This document shows, in pieces, positions 25,601 through 37,832 of a stretch of DNA of 64,000 bases. The first letter of the stretch is position 1; every line of letters starts with the position of its first letter. The notes beneath the pieces were generated by a model. The model was not told the DNA's origin. It saw nothing but the letters and a program-made list of their open reading frames with translations, and did no database searches. The stretch covers positions 80,508,364 through 80,572,363 of the forward strand of contig NC_068986.1 in the NCBI RefSeq assembly GCF_001194135.2. Reading direction: 5' to 3'. The position numbers were made by a program, and so were the translations under genes. This DNA is from Octopus bimaculoides (Eukaryota).

Positions 25601-28600
25601 TAGTGCTCAAATGTTTGTGCTGCACATCAGCTCACTCTCTCCATCAAATCTACATTGCCTGTACAGATGCATGACATGTCACACATCAAATTGCAGAGTA
25701 ACATGAAATGAAATGTTTTTCTCAAGAACACAACATAAAATTCTTCATTTCTTGCTCATAGGCGTAGGTGTGGTAAGAAGCTTGCTTTCCAACCACATGG
25801 TTCCAGGTTCAGTCCTACTATGTGACACCGTGGGCAAGTGTCTTCTGCTATAGACTCAGGCTGACCAAAGCCTTGTGAGTGGATGCGGTAGACAGAAACT
25901 GAAAGAAGCCTGTCATATATATAATGTGTATGTTTGTGTGTCTGCGTTAGTTCCCCACCATCACTTGACAACCGATGTTGGTGTGTTTACGTCCCCATAA
26001 CTTAGCAATTCGACAAAAGAGAACGATAGAATAAGTACTAGGTTTAGAAAGAATAAGTCCTGGGGTTGATTAGTTTGCCTAAAAGCAGTGCTCCAGCATG
26101 ACCACAGTCAAATGACTGAAACAAGTAAAAGAATAAAAGAATACAAACACACATACAGGCATACAAACAGAACTTCTAAGAAAGCATTTATTACCAGTAT
26201 TGTCAGCAAACTTTGGACAACTTCCACCTCCCACAATTCCAATAAGGTTGGTACGGAACAACATTTCAGCATGAGAAATGCTACCAATATTTTCTTTTCC
26301 TGAAATACAAAAGAAATTTGACAAAGTATTAGAAATATTGGACCATCATTATTATTATTACTGAGTGAGAGAGCAGTGAATGCCATCAAAGTGACACTGG
26401 GGTACAAATATACAAAGCCCAATATACTCATCATGCGTACCTGATAAGGGTACACCAGGCACATGCATCACAACCATGTGTGTGCAACATGGTGATTTCA
26501 TATCAAGACAAACAGTGCATGACCTTGCAGGTGGGGCCCAGTTAGAATTTTCTTGAGGCCCATTCTGCATGATGAACAAATCACACTTTTTTCCAGAGAT
26601 GAATTATTCTAACCCCAAAGAATTCCTCTCAACACATGGCTATGATGCTCCCCAACTACTGCTTATGATCAGAGATGCACATATCACCAGCCACTAAGGA
26701 ACATGTTCAACTGGTTAAGGCCAAGCAACTGACAAGTAAATCTGTGGTATTGAGCAGAATATTTGCTGTAGTCTATCTTTTATACCAAGACTGAACATGT
26801 ACATGATAACACTTCCAATCAGTTAAGATCAAAAGCCATGAAAGTCACTGCCTGGTAAATATTATTATTATTATTACTAAGAATGGTGCTCAGTAAAACC
26901 ATCAGGGTGCTAGACAAAATATCTTACTCCATTTGTTCTAAGTTCAAATACTATCAAGGTCAATTTTGCCATTCATCCTTTCGGGGATCAATAAAATAAG
27001 AATCAGGCAAGCACTGGAGTTTATGTCACCAACATATCCAGTCTCCCTAACATTTTTGGCCTTGTGCCAACATTTGAAACCATTATCATCATCACCATCA
27101 TCATTAGCAAAAGTGGTGAACTGACAAAACTCTACATTATGATTTCAAATCCTGCAATGATCAGCTTTACTTTCATCCGTCGAGAGTCAGTAAAATAAAG
27201 TACCAGACTGGGAACAATAGAATCAACAAAGCTCCTTGCTCCAAATCTGAGGCCTTGACGCTCATGCTATTATTATAATGCCCTTGTTAGAAACAATCAT
27301 TATTAGTTTTGGTTACCAAATCCACTCACAAGACTTTGGTTGACATGGGGCTATAGTAGAAGATCCTTGCTCAAGGTGCTATACAGTGGGACTGAACCCA
27401 GAACCATGTGGTTGGGAAGCAAGCTTCTTCCTACACAGCCATACCTGTACTTTGCATGTGCATACATATCCATGTCTGTAAGTTCACATGTATCCTTGTT
27501 CATGTGTGCAAGTGTTTCTAAGATTATGTATACACATGTATCTGTGTTTGTGAGTACACACGAATCTATGTTCACATGTATATATGTATCTGCATGCATG
27601 TGTATGTCTTGTATTTTGTGTACACATGTATCTATAATTGATAAATAGTCTACCTGATTTTGGCCTCTAACACCTACTCAACAATCATATCATTGAAATC
27701 TTGAAGCTAGAAGATAATGGCTAATTAATTCAAAACAGTGTGAATAAATAACCATTACATCCCACAGAGTAATCTGAATGCGAATGAGATAATAGAAAAA
27801 GAGAGACTAACACTTAAAGAGGTGGGGAGTATGATAGTTAATTGAAGCCAATAGAATGAAGCAACTTTGCTACTTACCGACATTTAACTTTTCTGTGAGT
27901 GGTTCTATGTTGAAGAGACGTAAGCCAGTATCTGAAGCACAGCTGAAACATCCTGGAATAATGGTAAAATAGATGGAAGTAAATAAACTGGGTAAGACTA
28001 ACAATCAAGTCATTGTAAGAGTTCTAGAAAAATGACAAGAAGAAAATACCCAGAGATGTGAGCAGTTTGAAAACTTAGTCACAAAGCAGATGATAACATA
28101 CTTCATGTAACAGGCTAAGAAATTTTAATTAATTGAAACCTTACCCATAGTCATTCATGTATGTTATCAAATAACCCAATATTTTACAGTTCAGTCCAAG
28201 ATTTTAGTTATGATAAAACTGTGCCAATCTGATGAGTTTTAATAAATCTGAAACATGCATGGGATTGTAATTTGACTACTAAGGACAGATATACTATGTT
28301 CCATATTCAATTAACTTTAATTAAAATTTCAGGGTTGCCCTTCTGCCAAGAGTTAATCATTTAGATAATTACTGTGAACAAAGTACCCCACCTACAGTTC
28401 ACATTGTAAAGCGGTTGGCTAATGAACAACAGAAAGTGTAGGATTGTGTGATCCCTCTGGTTCTATCTCACAGAGGACTATTTATTCTTTCTAGCATTAT
28501 CGTCTTGTAAAAATGCACCCTGTAAAGTGGTTGGCAATAGGAAGGGCATCCAACCACAAAAACCAAGCCAAATGACATGCATGAGTAGCAGTAGGAGCTG

Positions 28601-30590
28601 TGGTTCCCAATGAGAAGTAACTCAACTGTAACGATCCGTCCAATCTATTCTAACACAGAAAGTTGAATAAAATGATAATAATGATGATGATTTACACTCA
28701 TCATTGAAGGTATAATTTTAATTAAGTAAAACATCTTGGGCTACTTCATTAAGTACACTGGCATCTATTTAACAATCAACATTCACTGAAGTATTTGTTA
28801 CTGCCAAGTCCAGCTGAATAGCATAAGTAGTGATGTTTAATTGGTAGACTGAACTACAGAGATGTGGTGGAAAGGGTGACTTGATGTAACCTTTTAGCAT
28901 TTAAACTGGCCATATCTGGCCCAAATATTTTGCTTGTTTTTATATTCAGACTGGCCAGATATGGCCTCACATATCTACCCTACAAAGTTCTTCTGTAGAA
29001 ACCAAGCCAAAACAGACTATGGAACTTGGTGTGGGGCCTGGCCTTGCCAGCTCCTGTCAAACTGTCCAACCCATGCCAGCATGGAAAACAGACATATATG
29101 ATGATGGTGATGACATGATTGAAATTGCAAAGCTATGTGTTAATGCATGATTAATTCAAAACAATGTGACTAAATAAATATTACATTTAAAAAAGTAATC
29201 TGAATGCTAAAGGGTTAAACAACTATGACATTGGTACAGAACAGAAAACTTTCATTAGCATATAATAGGAAACTGTGATACAGTGTGATTAGAGCAAATG
29301 AGTCAAGTAGAATTAAGTGTTCTGCCTGAGCCTGCATCATGATTGAACTTATAACCTCATAACCTTTGACTCATTGCTAAAGGTTACAAATGGATTAGAA
29401 CTACTCTTGTAGTTTTAATCCACTTGAACATTTAAATTATTTCAGAACAACAAAAGTCAATTTTACTTAAATTAATGATGACATTATATTTTAAAATAGC
29501 AGGTCAGCTATTTTGGGATAGTTTATAGTTAGTATACCCAAAGTATACTTAATTATAAGGTTAACATATATATATTTCTGAACTTGGAGATAAAGTCTAC
29601 TGGCAGTGATTCTACTCAGCAGAAAATAGAACCATGTTTAACCCATTAACTGCCAAATTTCTTTTATTCATATTTTTTGGCTTTACCAGGAGTCTTAGAA
29701 GTTGAAATAATATATAGTATTTAAATTTTCTTCATTGTGTGAATTATTTTGGAAATTATGATAAATTTTTTGAAAAGCCCCAAATGGGGATCACTGAAAA
29801 AAAGGAATATTTATCCTTATCTATTCAATTGCAATAATAAACATGTTAGTTTTTTTGAAACTAGAGTATCAAATGCAAATGTGTATGAAATATCAAGGAA
29901 TGATATAAATGGGAAATGCAAAAAAAAAAAAAAAANNNNNNNNNNNNNNNNNNNNNNNNNNNNNNNNNNNNNNNNNNNNNNNNNNNNNNNNNNNNNNNNN
30001 NNNNNNNNNNNNNNNNNNNNNNNNNNNNNNNNNNNNNNNNNNNNNNNNNNNNNNNNNNNNNNNNNNNNNNNNNNNNNNNNNNNNNNNNNNNNNNNNNNNN
30101 NNNNNNNNNNNNNNNNNNNNNNNNNNNNNNNNNNNNNNNNNNNNNNNNNNNNNNNNNNNNNNNNNNNNNNNNNNNNNNNNNNNNNNNNNNNNNNNNNNNN
30201 NNNNNNNNNNNNNNNNNNNNNNNNNNNNNNNNNNNNNNNNNNNNNNNNNNNNNNNNNNNNNNNNNNNNNNNNNNNNNNNNNNNNNNNNNNNNNNNNNNNN
30301 NNNNNNNNNNNNNNNNNNNNNNNNNNNNNNNNNNNNNNNNNNNNNNNNNNNNNNNNNNNNNNNNNNNNNNNNNNNNNNNNNNNNNNNNNNNNNNNNNNNN
30401 NNNNNNNNNNNNNNNNNNNNNNNNNNNNNNNNNNNNNNNNNNNNNNNNNNNNNNNNNNNNNNNNNNNNNNNNNNNNNNNNNNNNNNNNNNNNNNNNNNNN
30501 NNNNNNNNNNNNNNNNNNNNNNNNNNNNNNNNNNNNNNNNNNNNNNNNNNNNNNNNNNNNNNNNNNNNNNNNNNNNNNNNNNNNNNNNNN

Positions 30591-30631
<41 letters not shown>

Positions 30632-33568
30632 TATATATATAAAACACACATTATCATCATCATTTAACGTCCACTGTCACTGCACATATATATAAACACA
30701 CACACACATATACATATATAATAATAGTAATCTGCTTTTATTCAAAGCTCGACCACTTCCTGTGAGATATGCTCTTTCTGTACATAAGCATGTTTGTGGC
30801 TTTTGAGTTCTGATTGCTGCTTGAAATCTGCATTACAAAGAAATATGCCTCACCTCAAGTGGTATGATAATGTTTGTCTGGTTTGATTCGTGGCTATTTT
30901 TAAACCAGTATGGGACTTACTTGCTTTACAACAAATATAGTATGTGAGCTTGTCTGCTAGCATGAACTATGTGTATATATGTACATATACATACAGCAGT
31001 CTTCTACCTTATCAGTTCCTGTGGGACAGTCCAACCCATGCAAGCATGGAAAATGGCCATTAAATAATCATGATGTTCTTCAGTAATAAAGGCCTCTTTG
31101 TAACAAAGGCAGAATGTATGATGCCTGTGTATGGACAGCTATACTACATGGCAGCAAAACATGGGCTCTGACCACAGAGGACATGTGAAGGCTTGAAAGA
31201 AATGAAGCCAACATGCTATGTGGATGTACAATATCAGTGTGCATGTATAACAAAACAAATATTTAAAGAGAAAAATTGGGTATAAGAAGCATCAGATGTA
31301 GTGTGCAGGAGAGAAGACTGTACTTGTACGGTCATGTGATGTGTATGGATGACAACAGCTGCATAAAGAAGTGCCAATCTCTAATAGAGGAGGAAACGTT
31401 TTGAAGAGGTAGACCCAGAAAGATGTGGAATGAAGTAGTGGAAAATGATCTCCAGATGTTGAGCCTTACAGAGATGACAAGCAACCAAGACAACTTGCAA
31501 GTTGCTGTGCTCAAGAAGACATGTCAAGCTAAGTAAAATCAAGGCCATACAGGCACGTCCTTTAAAGCCCCCCCCCCNNNNNNNNNNNNNNNNNNNNNNN
31601 NNNNNNNNNNNNNNNNNNNNNNNNNNNNNNNNNNNNNNNNNNNNNNNNNNNNNNNNNNNNNNNNNNNNNNNNNNNNNNNNNNNNNNNNNNNNNNNNNNNN
31701 NNNNNNNNNNNNCCCCCCCCCCCCAACCTATCTTCTCAATACCCCTTCCCCCAGCCCACGATCCCCATCTGCTGTATATCCCTCCACTCTCCCTCATGTG
31801 TCTAACCATAGACACTCTCCATGCTCACGCATATCTACCATAGCCCATACTCCTGCACCTCCAGTGTCTCTCACCAACGTTTGCTATAGTCACTTCTTCC
31901 TATCTCTAAACATAATTCTTCACACTCACCTCTACCCCCTCTGTACCACTTATATTCACCCCCGCTGAAACTTGTGGGTATGTCCTGATACATCACCACC
32001 ACCACCATCTATTTCTCTCTCTCTCTCTCACTAACTCCGACTGTCTCTATCTTTCTATCAAATTCTTTTCTCTTTTCCCCCTTTTTTCTTTTCCAGTGAG
32101 GGTAGCCAAGAATCTCCTCTATAGTAAGACACCGATCTCTATCCCCCTATTATATTTTGACCTCTCAGCTGGCACAAAGCCACCTCCTTCAGTACAACTT
32201 CCTCTCCTAGCTGAGGCGTCTTCACCTGGCAAGTTACTTGCCAACCCTAATGGTACAGTACACTCTGTAAAGTGGTTGGTGTTAGAAAAGTCATCCAGCA
32301 ATAGAAATCATGCCAAAGCAGACAATGGAGTCTGGAGCAGTTCTCTGGCTTTCCATCTCCCGTGAAACCACCCAACCTCTGCCAGCATGGAAAATAGATG
32401 TTAATTAAAGATTATGGCGATAATATAAACATGGAAATTTTAGTTGTGGCTGATGGCAGTGCCACCTGACTGGCTTTCGTACTGGTGGCACGTAATAAGC
32501 ACCATTCATGCGTGGGTCATTGCCAGCGCAGCCTGATTGGCTCCCCATGCCAGTGACATGTAAAAAGCACCATCCGAATGTGGTTGATGCCAGTCCCCAC
32601 TCTCCTGCCCCGACTGGTTTCTCTGCTGGTAGCACGTAAAAAGCACCCACTGCACTCTCCGAGTGGTTGGTATTAGGAAGGGCATCCAGCTGTAGAAACA
32701 TTGCCAGATCAGATTGGAGCCTGGTGCAGCCTCATGGCTTGCTAGTCCCCAGCAAAACCATCCAACCCAGGCCAGCATAGAAAACGAGCTTAAACAATGA
32801 TGATGAAAATGATGATATACACACACACATATACATGTACATATATATAAATACAAACATGTACATATATAATCATGATTTAATGTCCCCATTCCATGCT
32901 AGCATGGGTTGAATGGTTTGATAGGATTCAATGGATCCAACAACTGCATTGTACTCCACTTTGGCATGGTTTCTACAGCACCCTAATGCCTACCACTTTA
33001 CAGCAGGTGAATTTTTCATGCGATCAACACTAAATCTCTCTCTCATATATATATATATATACTTTTTTAAGAAAGTATATTCTTTTGTCAGACATCTGCG
33101 ATTGAGACATGATCACAACTGTCCGATGAATGGGAACATGAAACTCCGAGGCACAGTTTTTGTGAGGTTTTTGCCGATTTAATAAAAAAGCATATTACTC
33201 TACCTTCATTGTTTGAGTACTATTTTGTCCACCTTGTTATGTATTTATTGTGAAATAAATTTATAATTTAGTGTGAAATCTCCATACAAAAATTTCCCCT
33301 TTCACAGTTTTAGCTTTGCCCCATAAGTTACACCCCCAGATTTTTCAGTTAAAATCAAGTATAAAAAAAAGCAGCTTATACATGAGTAAATATAGTAATT
33401 ATGGATATAAAATTACAGATTACAACGGTATCTGACAAGTTTTCTTTTTGTCTTCAATAGAAAACTGAAGAGAAAGAACTAATTATAAAGAAAACCCCTC
33501 CAAAAAAACAAACAATAATTACCGTGGTCTTGATTAAACCTCAAATTATTGATAACTGGTTTAGACAT
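13291..33568 (-). CDS. WDR45: WD repeat domain phosphoinositide-interacting protein 4 (WIPI4, PROPPIN), 11 coding exons, 1029 nt, 342 aa
   Basis: The joined exons give [34 protein letters not shown]...FPGHKCGS...AHQ...GTLIRVF...ELRRGSD...[11 protein letters not shown]...[14 protein letters not shown]...[31 protein letters not shown] and DGTFHKY fit WDR45 better than WDR45B. All introns are GT-AG with consistent phases. Confidence 0.95.
13663..13890 (+). mobile_element. tRNA-derived SINE (family S2)
   Basis: Head ggtttagtggttaggatg... followed by tgttcttgagcaaaatactt core. Confidence 0.6.
13929..14805 (+). mobile_element. Tc1/mariner DNA transposon, internally deleted
   Basis: Imperfect ~30 bp TIRs (agggtgttacaaaaaatttggtatcattt and aaatgatatctaattttttgaaacaccctg) in TA context. 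The N-terminus [28 protein letters not shown] starts at 14078 and the C-terminus [15 protein letters not shown]...[12 protein letters not shown] ends at 14643. The catalytic core is missing. Confidence 0.9.
14953..15440 (-). mobile_element. Two adjacent RTE 3' tail copies
   Basis: Two (cat)n-gtttaacgtcc...ctggatgcccttcc...gccaaccactcc blocks at ~14953-15215 and ~15240-15440. Confidence 0.7.
15738..15856 (-). CDS. WDR45: WDR45 coding exon 10: (T)[39 protein letters not shown]
   Basis: Acceptor tttttattccag, donor g|gtaaga; 119 nt. Confidence 0.93.
16502..16603 (-). CDS. WDR45: WDR45 coding exon 9: (C)[33 protein letters not shown]
   Basis: Acceptor tttcttaccag, donor ac|gtgagt; 102 nt. Confidence 0.94.
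16740..17325 (-). mobile_element. 5'-truncated RLE-type non-LTR retrotransposon (R4/Dong/NeSL-like): endonuclease domain plus 3' UTR
   Basis: The minus strand reads [47 protein letters not shown]...[13 protein letters not shown]...[14 protein letters not shown] (stop at 16877-16875). This is a PD-(D/E)xK restriction-like endonuclease tail; AATAAA lies near 16750. Confidence 0.8.
17790..18080 (+). mobile_element. tRNA-derived SINE (family S2)
   Basis: ggcctagtggttagggtg (A box)...ggtttcaattccc (B box)...gtgttcttgagcgaaacacttc; homologous to 43650-43950. Confidence 0.75.
18200..18285 (-). CDS. WDR45: WDR45 coding exon 8: [28 protein letters not shown] (LRRG phosphoinositide-binding motif)
   Basis: Acceptor ttttttttcag, donor tg|gtatgt; 86 nt. 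Confidence 0.95.
19412..19534 (-). CDS. WDR45: WDR45 coding exon 7: [41 protein letters not shown]
   Basis: Acceptor tttcctcag, donor aag|gtaaat; 123 nt. Confidence 0.94.
20330..20530 (-). mobile_element. tRNA-derived SINE (family S1)
   Basis: gtcaactggtacttattttatcaactctgaaagaatgaaaggcaaagttgacctcagtggaatttgaa is the reverse of the S1 body. Confidence 0.7.
20545..20736 (+). mobile_element. RTE 3' tail copy
   Basis: ggcacgtaaaaagcacccactacactctc...ccaacccatgctagcatggaaagcggacgttaaac followed by (gat)n. Confidence 0.8.
21058..21131 (-). CDS. WDR45: WDR45 coding exon 6: (G)[24 protein letters not shown]
   Basis: Acceptor tttgtacag, donor gtg|gtcagt; 74 nt. Confidence 0.93.
22231..22325 (-). 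CDS. WDR45: WDR45 coding exon 5: (K)[31 protein letters not shown]
   Basis: Acceptor tatttttttcag, donor g|gtaaca; 95 nt. Confidence 0.92.
23930..24290 (-). mobile_element. tRNA-derived SINE (family S2), long copy
   Basis: Ends in aagtgtcttgctcaagaacacaac...gggaatcaaactc...gctctaaccactgac, the reverse of a tRNA head plus core. Confidence 0.65.
24440..24680 (+). mobile_element. RTE 3' tail copy (diverged)
   Basis: aaagcac...ctgtaaagtggg..gcattagg...ctgtagaaacc...ccaacccat...ggacattaaac followed by (gat)n. Confidence 0.6.
24959..25055 (-). CDS. WDR45: WDR45 coding exon 4: (V)[31 protein letters not shown]
   Basis: Acceptor cacttttcttcag, donor aa|gtgagg; 97 nt; phase fits both neighbours. 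Confidence 0.9.
25757..26138 (+). mobile_element. tRNA-derived SINE (family S3), near full length
   Basis: Head ggcgtaggtgtggtaagaagcttgctttccaaccacatggttccaggttcagtcc; tail gcagtgctccagcatgaccacagtcaaatgactgaaacaagtaaaagaataaaaga. Confidence 0.75.
26195..26299 (-). CDS. WDR45: WDR45 coding exon 3: (G)[34 protein letters not shown]
   Basis: Acceptor ttgtatttcag, donor g|gtaata; 105 nt. Confidence 0.94.
26878..27305 (+). mobile_element. Two tandem SINE copies (family S1)
   Basis: Two gttc..agttcaaat...ttttcatcc..tcg...ataaaataag...(att/atc)n units. Confidence 0.6.
27878..27952 (-). CDS. WDR45: WDR45 coding exon 2: (G)[24 protein letters not shown]
   Basis: Acceptor ccattattccag, donor g|gtaagt; 75 nt. 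Confidence 0.94.
29936..30590. other. Assembly gap (N run)
   Basis: Run of n between poly-A and (TA)n. Confidence 0.99.
31085..32400 (+). mobile_element. RTE-clade LINE 3' fragment (end of ORF plus long pyrimidine-rich 3' UTR), spanning an N gap
   Basis: Degenerate [17 protein letters not shown]...[34 protein letters not shown]...RGRPRKMW, followed by the shared RTE tail ending ...gccagcatggaaaatagatgttaa. Confidence 0.75.
31578..31712. other. Assembly gap (N run) within a poly-C tract
   Basis: Run of n. Confidence 0.99.
32440..32815 (+). mobile_element. RTE 3' tail copy with internal ~65 bp repeats
   Basis: Repeated aaaagcaccat..gatgccag units, then gagtggttggtattaggaagggcatccagctgtag, then (gat)n. 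Confidence 0.75.
33523..33568 (-). CDS. WDR45: WDR45 coding exon 1: [15 protein letters not shown]
   Basis: ATG at 33568, donor g|gtaatt. An upstream acceptor tttcctttcag (exon starts 33597) implies a further 5' UTR exon. Confidence 0.9.
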
Positions 33569-34893
33569 CCTGCTGTTTTAAAACTGAATGATGAATTCTG
33601 AAAGGAAATGATAATGAGATAATTTTAATTAAACATCAAGGACACTCACACAAACAAACAAAATGAAAACATGCTGGATGGAAATGGATTAAATTGGAGG
33701 TGGAGGGTATCCTTTCTAACTGTAGGTAAAAATAAATTTGGGAAGAAGTTGCAAGATTAGTTCTGAGAATCTGAGACAACAGAGGAGAAAGATTAAAGAC
33801 AGATGTGTTATACAATCCTTACTAACATAGTGATGATGATTTATATTCAAAGAAAAGCAACATTTTCAATAACCCCCTACAAGTCGTTATATGGCAGATA
33901 TCAAGAGACATTAAAGTGAAGTTAAAATGATGTCACCTGGAATTTATTTTTCAGTTTAACATCTACATAATCCTTTCTACTATAGGCACAGGGCCTGAAA
34001 TTCAGGGGTGGGAGATAGTTGATTACATCAACTCCAGTACTCAACTGATACTTAATTTATGGACCCTGAAAAAGATGAAAGGCAGAATATGAACTCAGAA
34101 CATAGCAATGGCAAAATACCACTACGCATTTCACCCACTTGCCGCCTTTTTAACATCTACATAATGTCATATATAGCACAGTTTGTTGTTGGAGCATTTG
34201 TCATGACACTTCAATGTCTTCATCCATCAACCACAAAAAAGTAAAGCGGACTAGAGCCTCTTTTCTGTTAGTCAAGAAACAAGAGTAAGTAGAGCTGTGA
34301 AGTACCTTGTTCCGAACCACAAAACTCTGACTTCAATTTTGAATTATTCAACATATTTTTTTTTTTATTAACTCTTTGTCTGTCCAAAGCATTTTTGTAA
34401 GGCTTATCCTAAACATCCATCCTTGTTTTCAGACTTTTAACAAACTCTTGTTTCATACATTCTGAGTAATGTATGAAAGCTTTCTTTTCATAAGTTCCAA
34501 GTGATTGAAAAAAAACTGGGAATGTGTATCATATATGATGCAGGGATGCTGGGAAAGTATGTTCTGTGTTATCAGATGTGATACACAGGCAAAGGGTTAG
34601 GAAGGTAGGGAGTAGTTTCAAAGTGATTTGTCTGCTAATTCTAGCAAATCAAGCAACTCTATAGAGCCTCCTTTGCTGGCTCTTTTCATTTCCTAGATAT
34701 AGCTACTGCATCATTACTCCAGTCTTTATCTCACTAACTGAGAAACCTGTCACCAAAACAACAATATTCATATTAAATCCATACTGTAGCACTGCAGCTC
34801 ATACAATTCATCAGTGCATGTTGGGATGTGAACTATGGTTGCCTGTTAGGTGGTGACATGTGTAACTGGAATAGATTTATTGACTACACTTAC

Positions 34894-34965
34894 TCAGCCG
34901 ACTACTTGCACGCCAGGGGCTACTTGAGCAGAGCAGATCAGGTTTATACAATAACAATATTTCTT
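34894..34965 (-). other. WDR45: Candidate non-coding 5' UTR exon of WDR45
   Basis: GC-richer 72-nt block bounded by ctttgctggtag and ga|gtaagt. Prediction only. Confidence 0.3.
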
Positions 34966-35705
34966 CTACCAGCAAAGCCAGAAAACATCAAATATAACCA
35001 GATGTGACAATCAACAAAACAAAGCAACACAGACATATAACATACACAGAAGACAAAATTATTTGAAGTTAGATGTAATGCATCCATAAACTACACAGAA
35101 AACATAGAAAAAAAAAAAAAAAATTTCCTAGAACAATCACAGATTCCAACAACATTTGACTAACAGAAGGAAACAGCAACAATGGTGTACAAATCATATC
35201 ATAGCCATCACTAATGAGTATGAGTTGATAGCATGTACCATATTTTCACTAGTTTTAGCAGCTTGTGTACTGTCAGAAGATATAGGCATCCTCTCAGCAC
35301 CTGCAACATTCACTTGGTGGAATGTCAAGGATATCACAGCTGAAGAGAGAGAAACCTGCACCAGCACCTGGTTGGTACTCAATTTCAGTTGATTAGATCA
35401 GAACAACATGAAATAAGTGCCTTGTTCAAGGACACCACGTCACACTGCTGCTCCAGGAATCAAACCCAAGACCATATGATCATGAGCCCAATACCCTTTA
35501 CATTCAGATGTAATTACATTATTGTGAATTACTCATGCATTGTCTTGTAGCTTTGAAATTTCAACGATGGGATTCTTTACTTTAGGAATGGCACTGTAGG
35601 GTAGATATAAGAAGCCAAATCTGGAAGAATATTTGGGCCGGATATGGGTGGTTTAAACAGTAAAGTATTAGCCACCAGGCCATGTAGGTACCCCTATACC
35701 ACTGG

Positions 35706-35747
35706 GAGAGAGAGAGAGAGAGAGAAAGAGAAAGAGAGGGAGAGGGA

Positions 35748-35802
<55 letters not shown>

Positions 35803-35815
35803 TGTGTGTGTGTGT
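35706..35815 (+). repeat. (GA)n followed by (GT)n compound microsatellite
   Basis: Directly visible. Confidence 0.95.
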
Positions 35816-36429
35816 GCTTGTTTGTTTGTATCTGATACTGACAACCAAATCTGTAAATAATGGTCAGTTCTGTCCAGAACGGAGAAAGTAGTAGATATAA
35901 GGATATGATGATAGTCTGTAAACACTGAAACACTTCATATGGCCAGACAGCACCTTCACTATCTCACCTTTCAATAAGAATGGTTTTAAATTTTGGTGCA
36001 GGAGCAGCAGCTTTTGAGGGGAGGGGTTTAGTTGAATAGATCAATCATAGCACTTGATTGGTACTTTATCTTATTGACCATGAAAGTATGAAAGGCAAAG
36101 CTGACCTCAGCAGAATTTGAACTCAGAATGTAAAGACAGATAAGATGCTGGTAGGCACTAATGGCTCTGCTAGTTAAATGCTTTCACCTTTTAATAATAA
36201 TGACACCATAATATCACTAACATCAACATCATTATTAGTTATGCCAAACTAACAAGGAGCATCTATATAATATCTCAGTCTACTAGAAATAGCAGTTATC
36301 TTTAATAAGGGCATTTTGGATAATAAAATTGGTGTACTCTATTCACCGTAAAAAGATTGGATGGTGGCTGGAATAGCTTCGATCAAAAGAAAATAAGTTT
36401 GATCAGAGCCAGTGGCGGATCATGTACAG

Positions 36430-36960
36430 TAAGGAAATAATTTGAAATTCTGAGCATGTTCATAACTTGGGAAATAGCAATGTCTGAAGATATAGGTTTC
36501 TTTAAACATAGTTACAAACTGTCAATAACCCGTTGAAAGTTTAGTGACAGGGTAGTGAGAACATTCAATGCAAACAGACATTCACTATGATTTCCAAGAA
36601 ACAAAATTGGAGAGGCTGAAAAAAAGATTAAAAACGAATGTTGCTGGAAAAATATGCTAAAATTATATACATGGAAGAATTCATAAAAATCTTGATCCAA
36701 ACTTTGGAATGCAAGAAAGTACTGTCAGATCTTATGATTGTCTTCCTTCAAACCGACGCAGGAATCTAGACAACGATAGTTTGGCATTTAAAGGTCACTG
36801 ATTATACAACTGTCTCCTAATGAGGGTTATATATTTCTGTCCAATATACTAGATCAGCCACCTACAAAAGGTTACAACCAAAACAGAGTAGCTTCCACCT
36901 CAGTGGTTGGTCAACTGAATAGAGATGTCACATTTACTGAAAAACTTAACAAACACATTC
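36430..36960 (+). mobile_element. Decayed LINE 3' ORF remnant (CR1/L2-superfamily-like)
   Basis: Fragments resembling SL..RR.ER..IIYTWK and DSLAFKG..LYNCL. Heavily degenerate. Confidence 0.45.
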
Positions 36961-37664
36961 AACCCTGAATATACACAAAGATCACAAAAGACATGGATAA
37001 TTCGCTGTTATGGAGGTGCTCTAGCATAGCCGTAGTCATGATGTCTAAACTATTCTCTCTTCCAATACATATATATATATACTATATGCCACCAGCCACT
37101 TGAGTTTGATAAGTCACCTATACAGTTAAGTGCTTTATAGGTACGAAACCAATGGTCACTCTCTGACCAGCCATAACAAACAACCTTCTAAATATAAGTG
37201 TGTGTGTGTGTATGCACATGCTCCATTGAAGTTGATAAGCCAATTTCCAGATATTCTTTTAACACACACCAACAATCCTACATACTTCCTTAATTATTCT
37301 AGGATTAAACTATTTGCTTGATGAAGTCTAATAAGGCCGGAACGTATCCAGATTTGTCATATAACTAAATACCACATCCACCCCCCGGCTCCCACGCATT
37401 TCATATTTAATTTTAAATTATTCTTCGAAGTTGTCTCCCTTTACCTTCTCCCTCTTTTTAAATAATTAATTTAGAAAATCATTGTTTTCATTAACAGTAC
37501 AATCCTAAAGGTTTAAAACTATTTGTGTATAACACTAAGCACATTATAACTCTCTTTACTATATTAACAAATATTTACACTGTGTTTTTGAAAGAAACCT
37601 ATATGGAGCCAGTATGTAGGAGCTCGGTCTGCTAAGACTGGCAGTCATAAATATAACAATTGAT

Positions 37665-37832
37665 CAGTGCTCCGCAACCAGTATACCGCGGCACAAAGGT
37701 GTGACGATGTTAGGTGTGCCGCAGTGTAACGTGAATATAATTTTTTCCCCATACTTTTAGTTATCTTTTTAGTTTAGGTGTGCCGCCGAATTTTAAAAAG
37801 AATATAAGTGAAAAAAAGGTTACGGAACACAG
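37665..37832. mobile_element. hAT-type MITE
   Basis: TIR cagtgctccgcaacc / ggttacggaacacag (3 mismatches). The flanking 8-mers caattgat and cactcgat match at 6 of 8 positions. A half copy lies at ~16330-16395. Confidence 0.65.

Noticed and set aside
29749-30695. Several 250-300 aa ORFs in the track (also those at 12732-13175, 31381-31843 and 58512-59187)
   Set aside because: They are open only because they run through N gaps and TA microsatellites.
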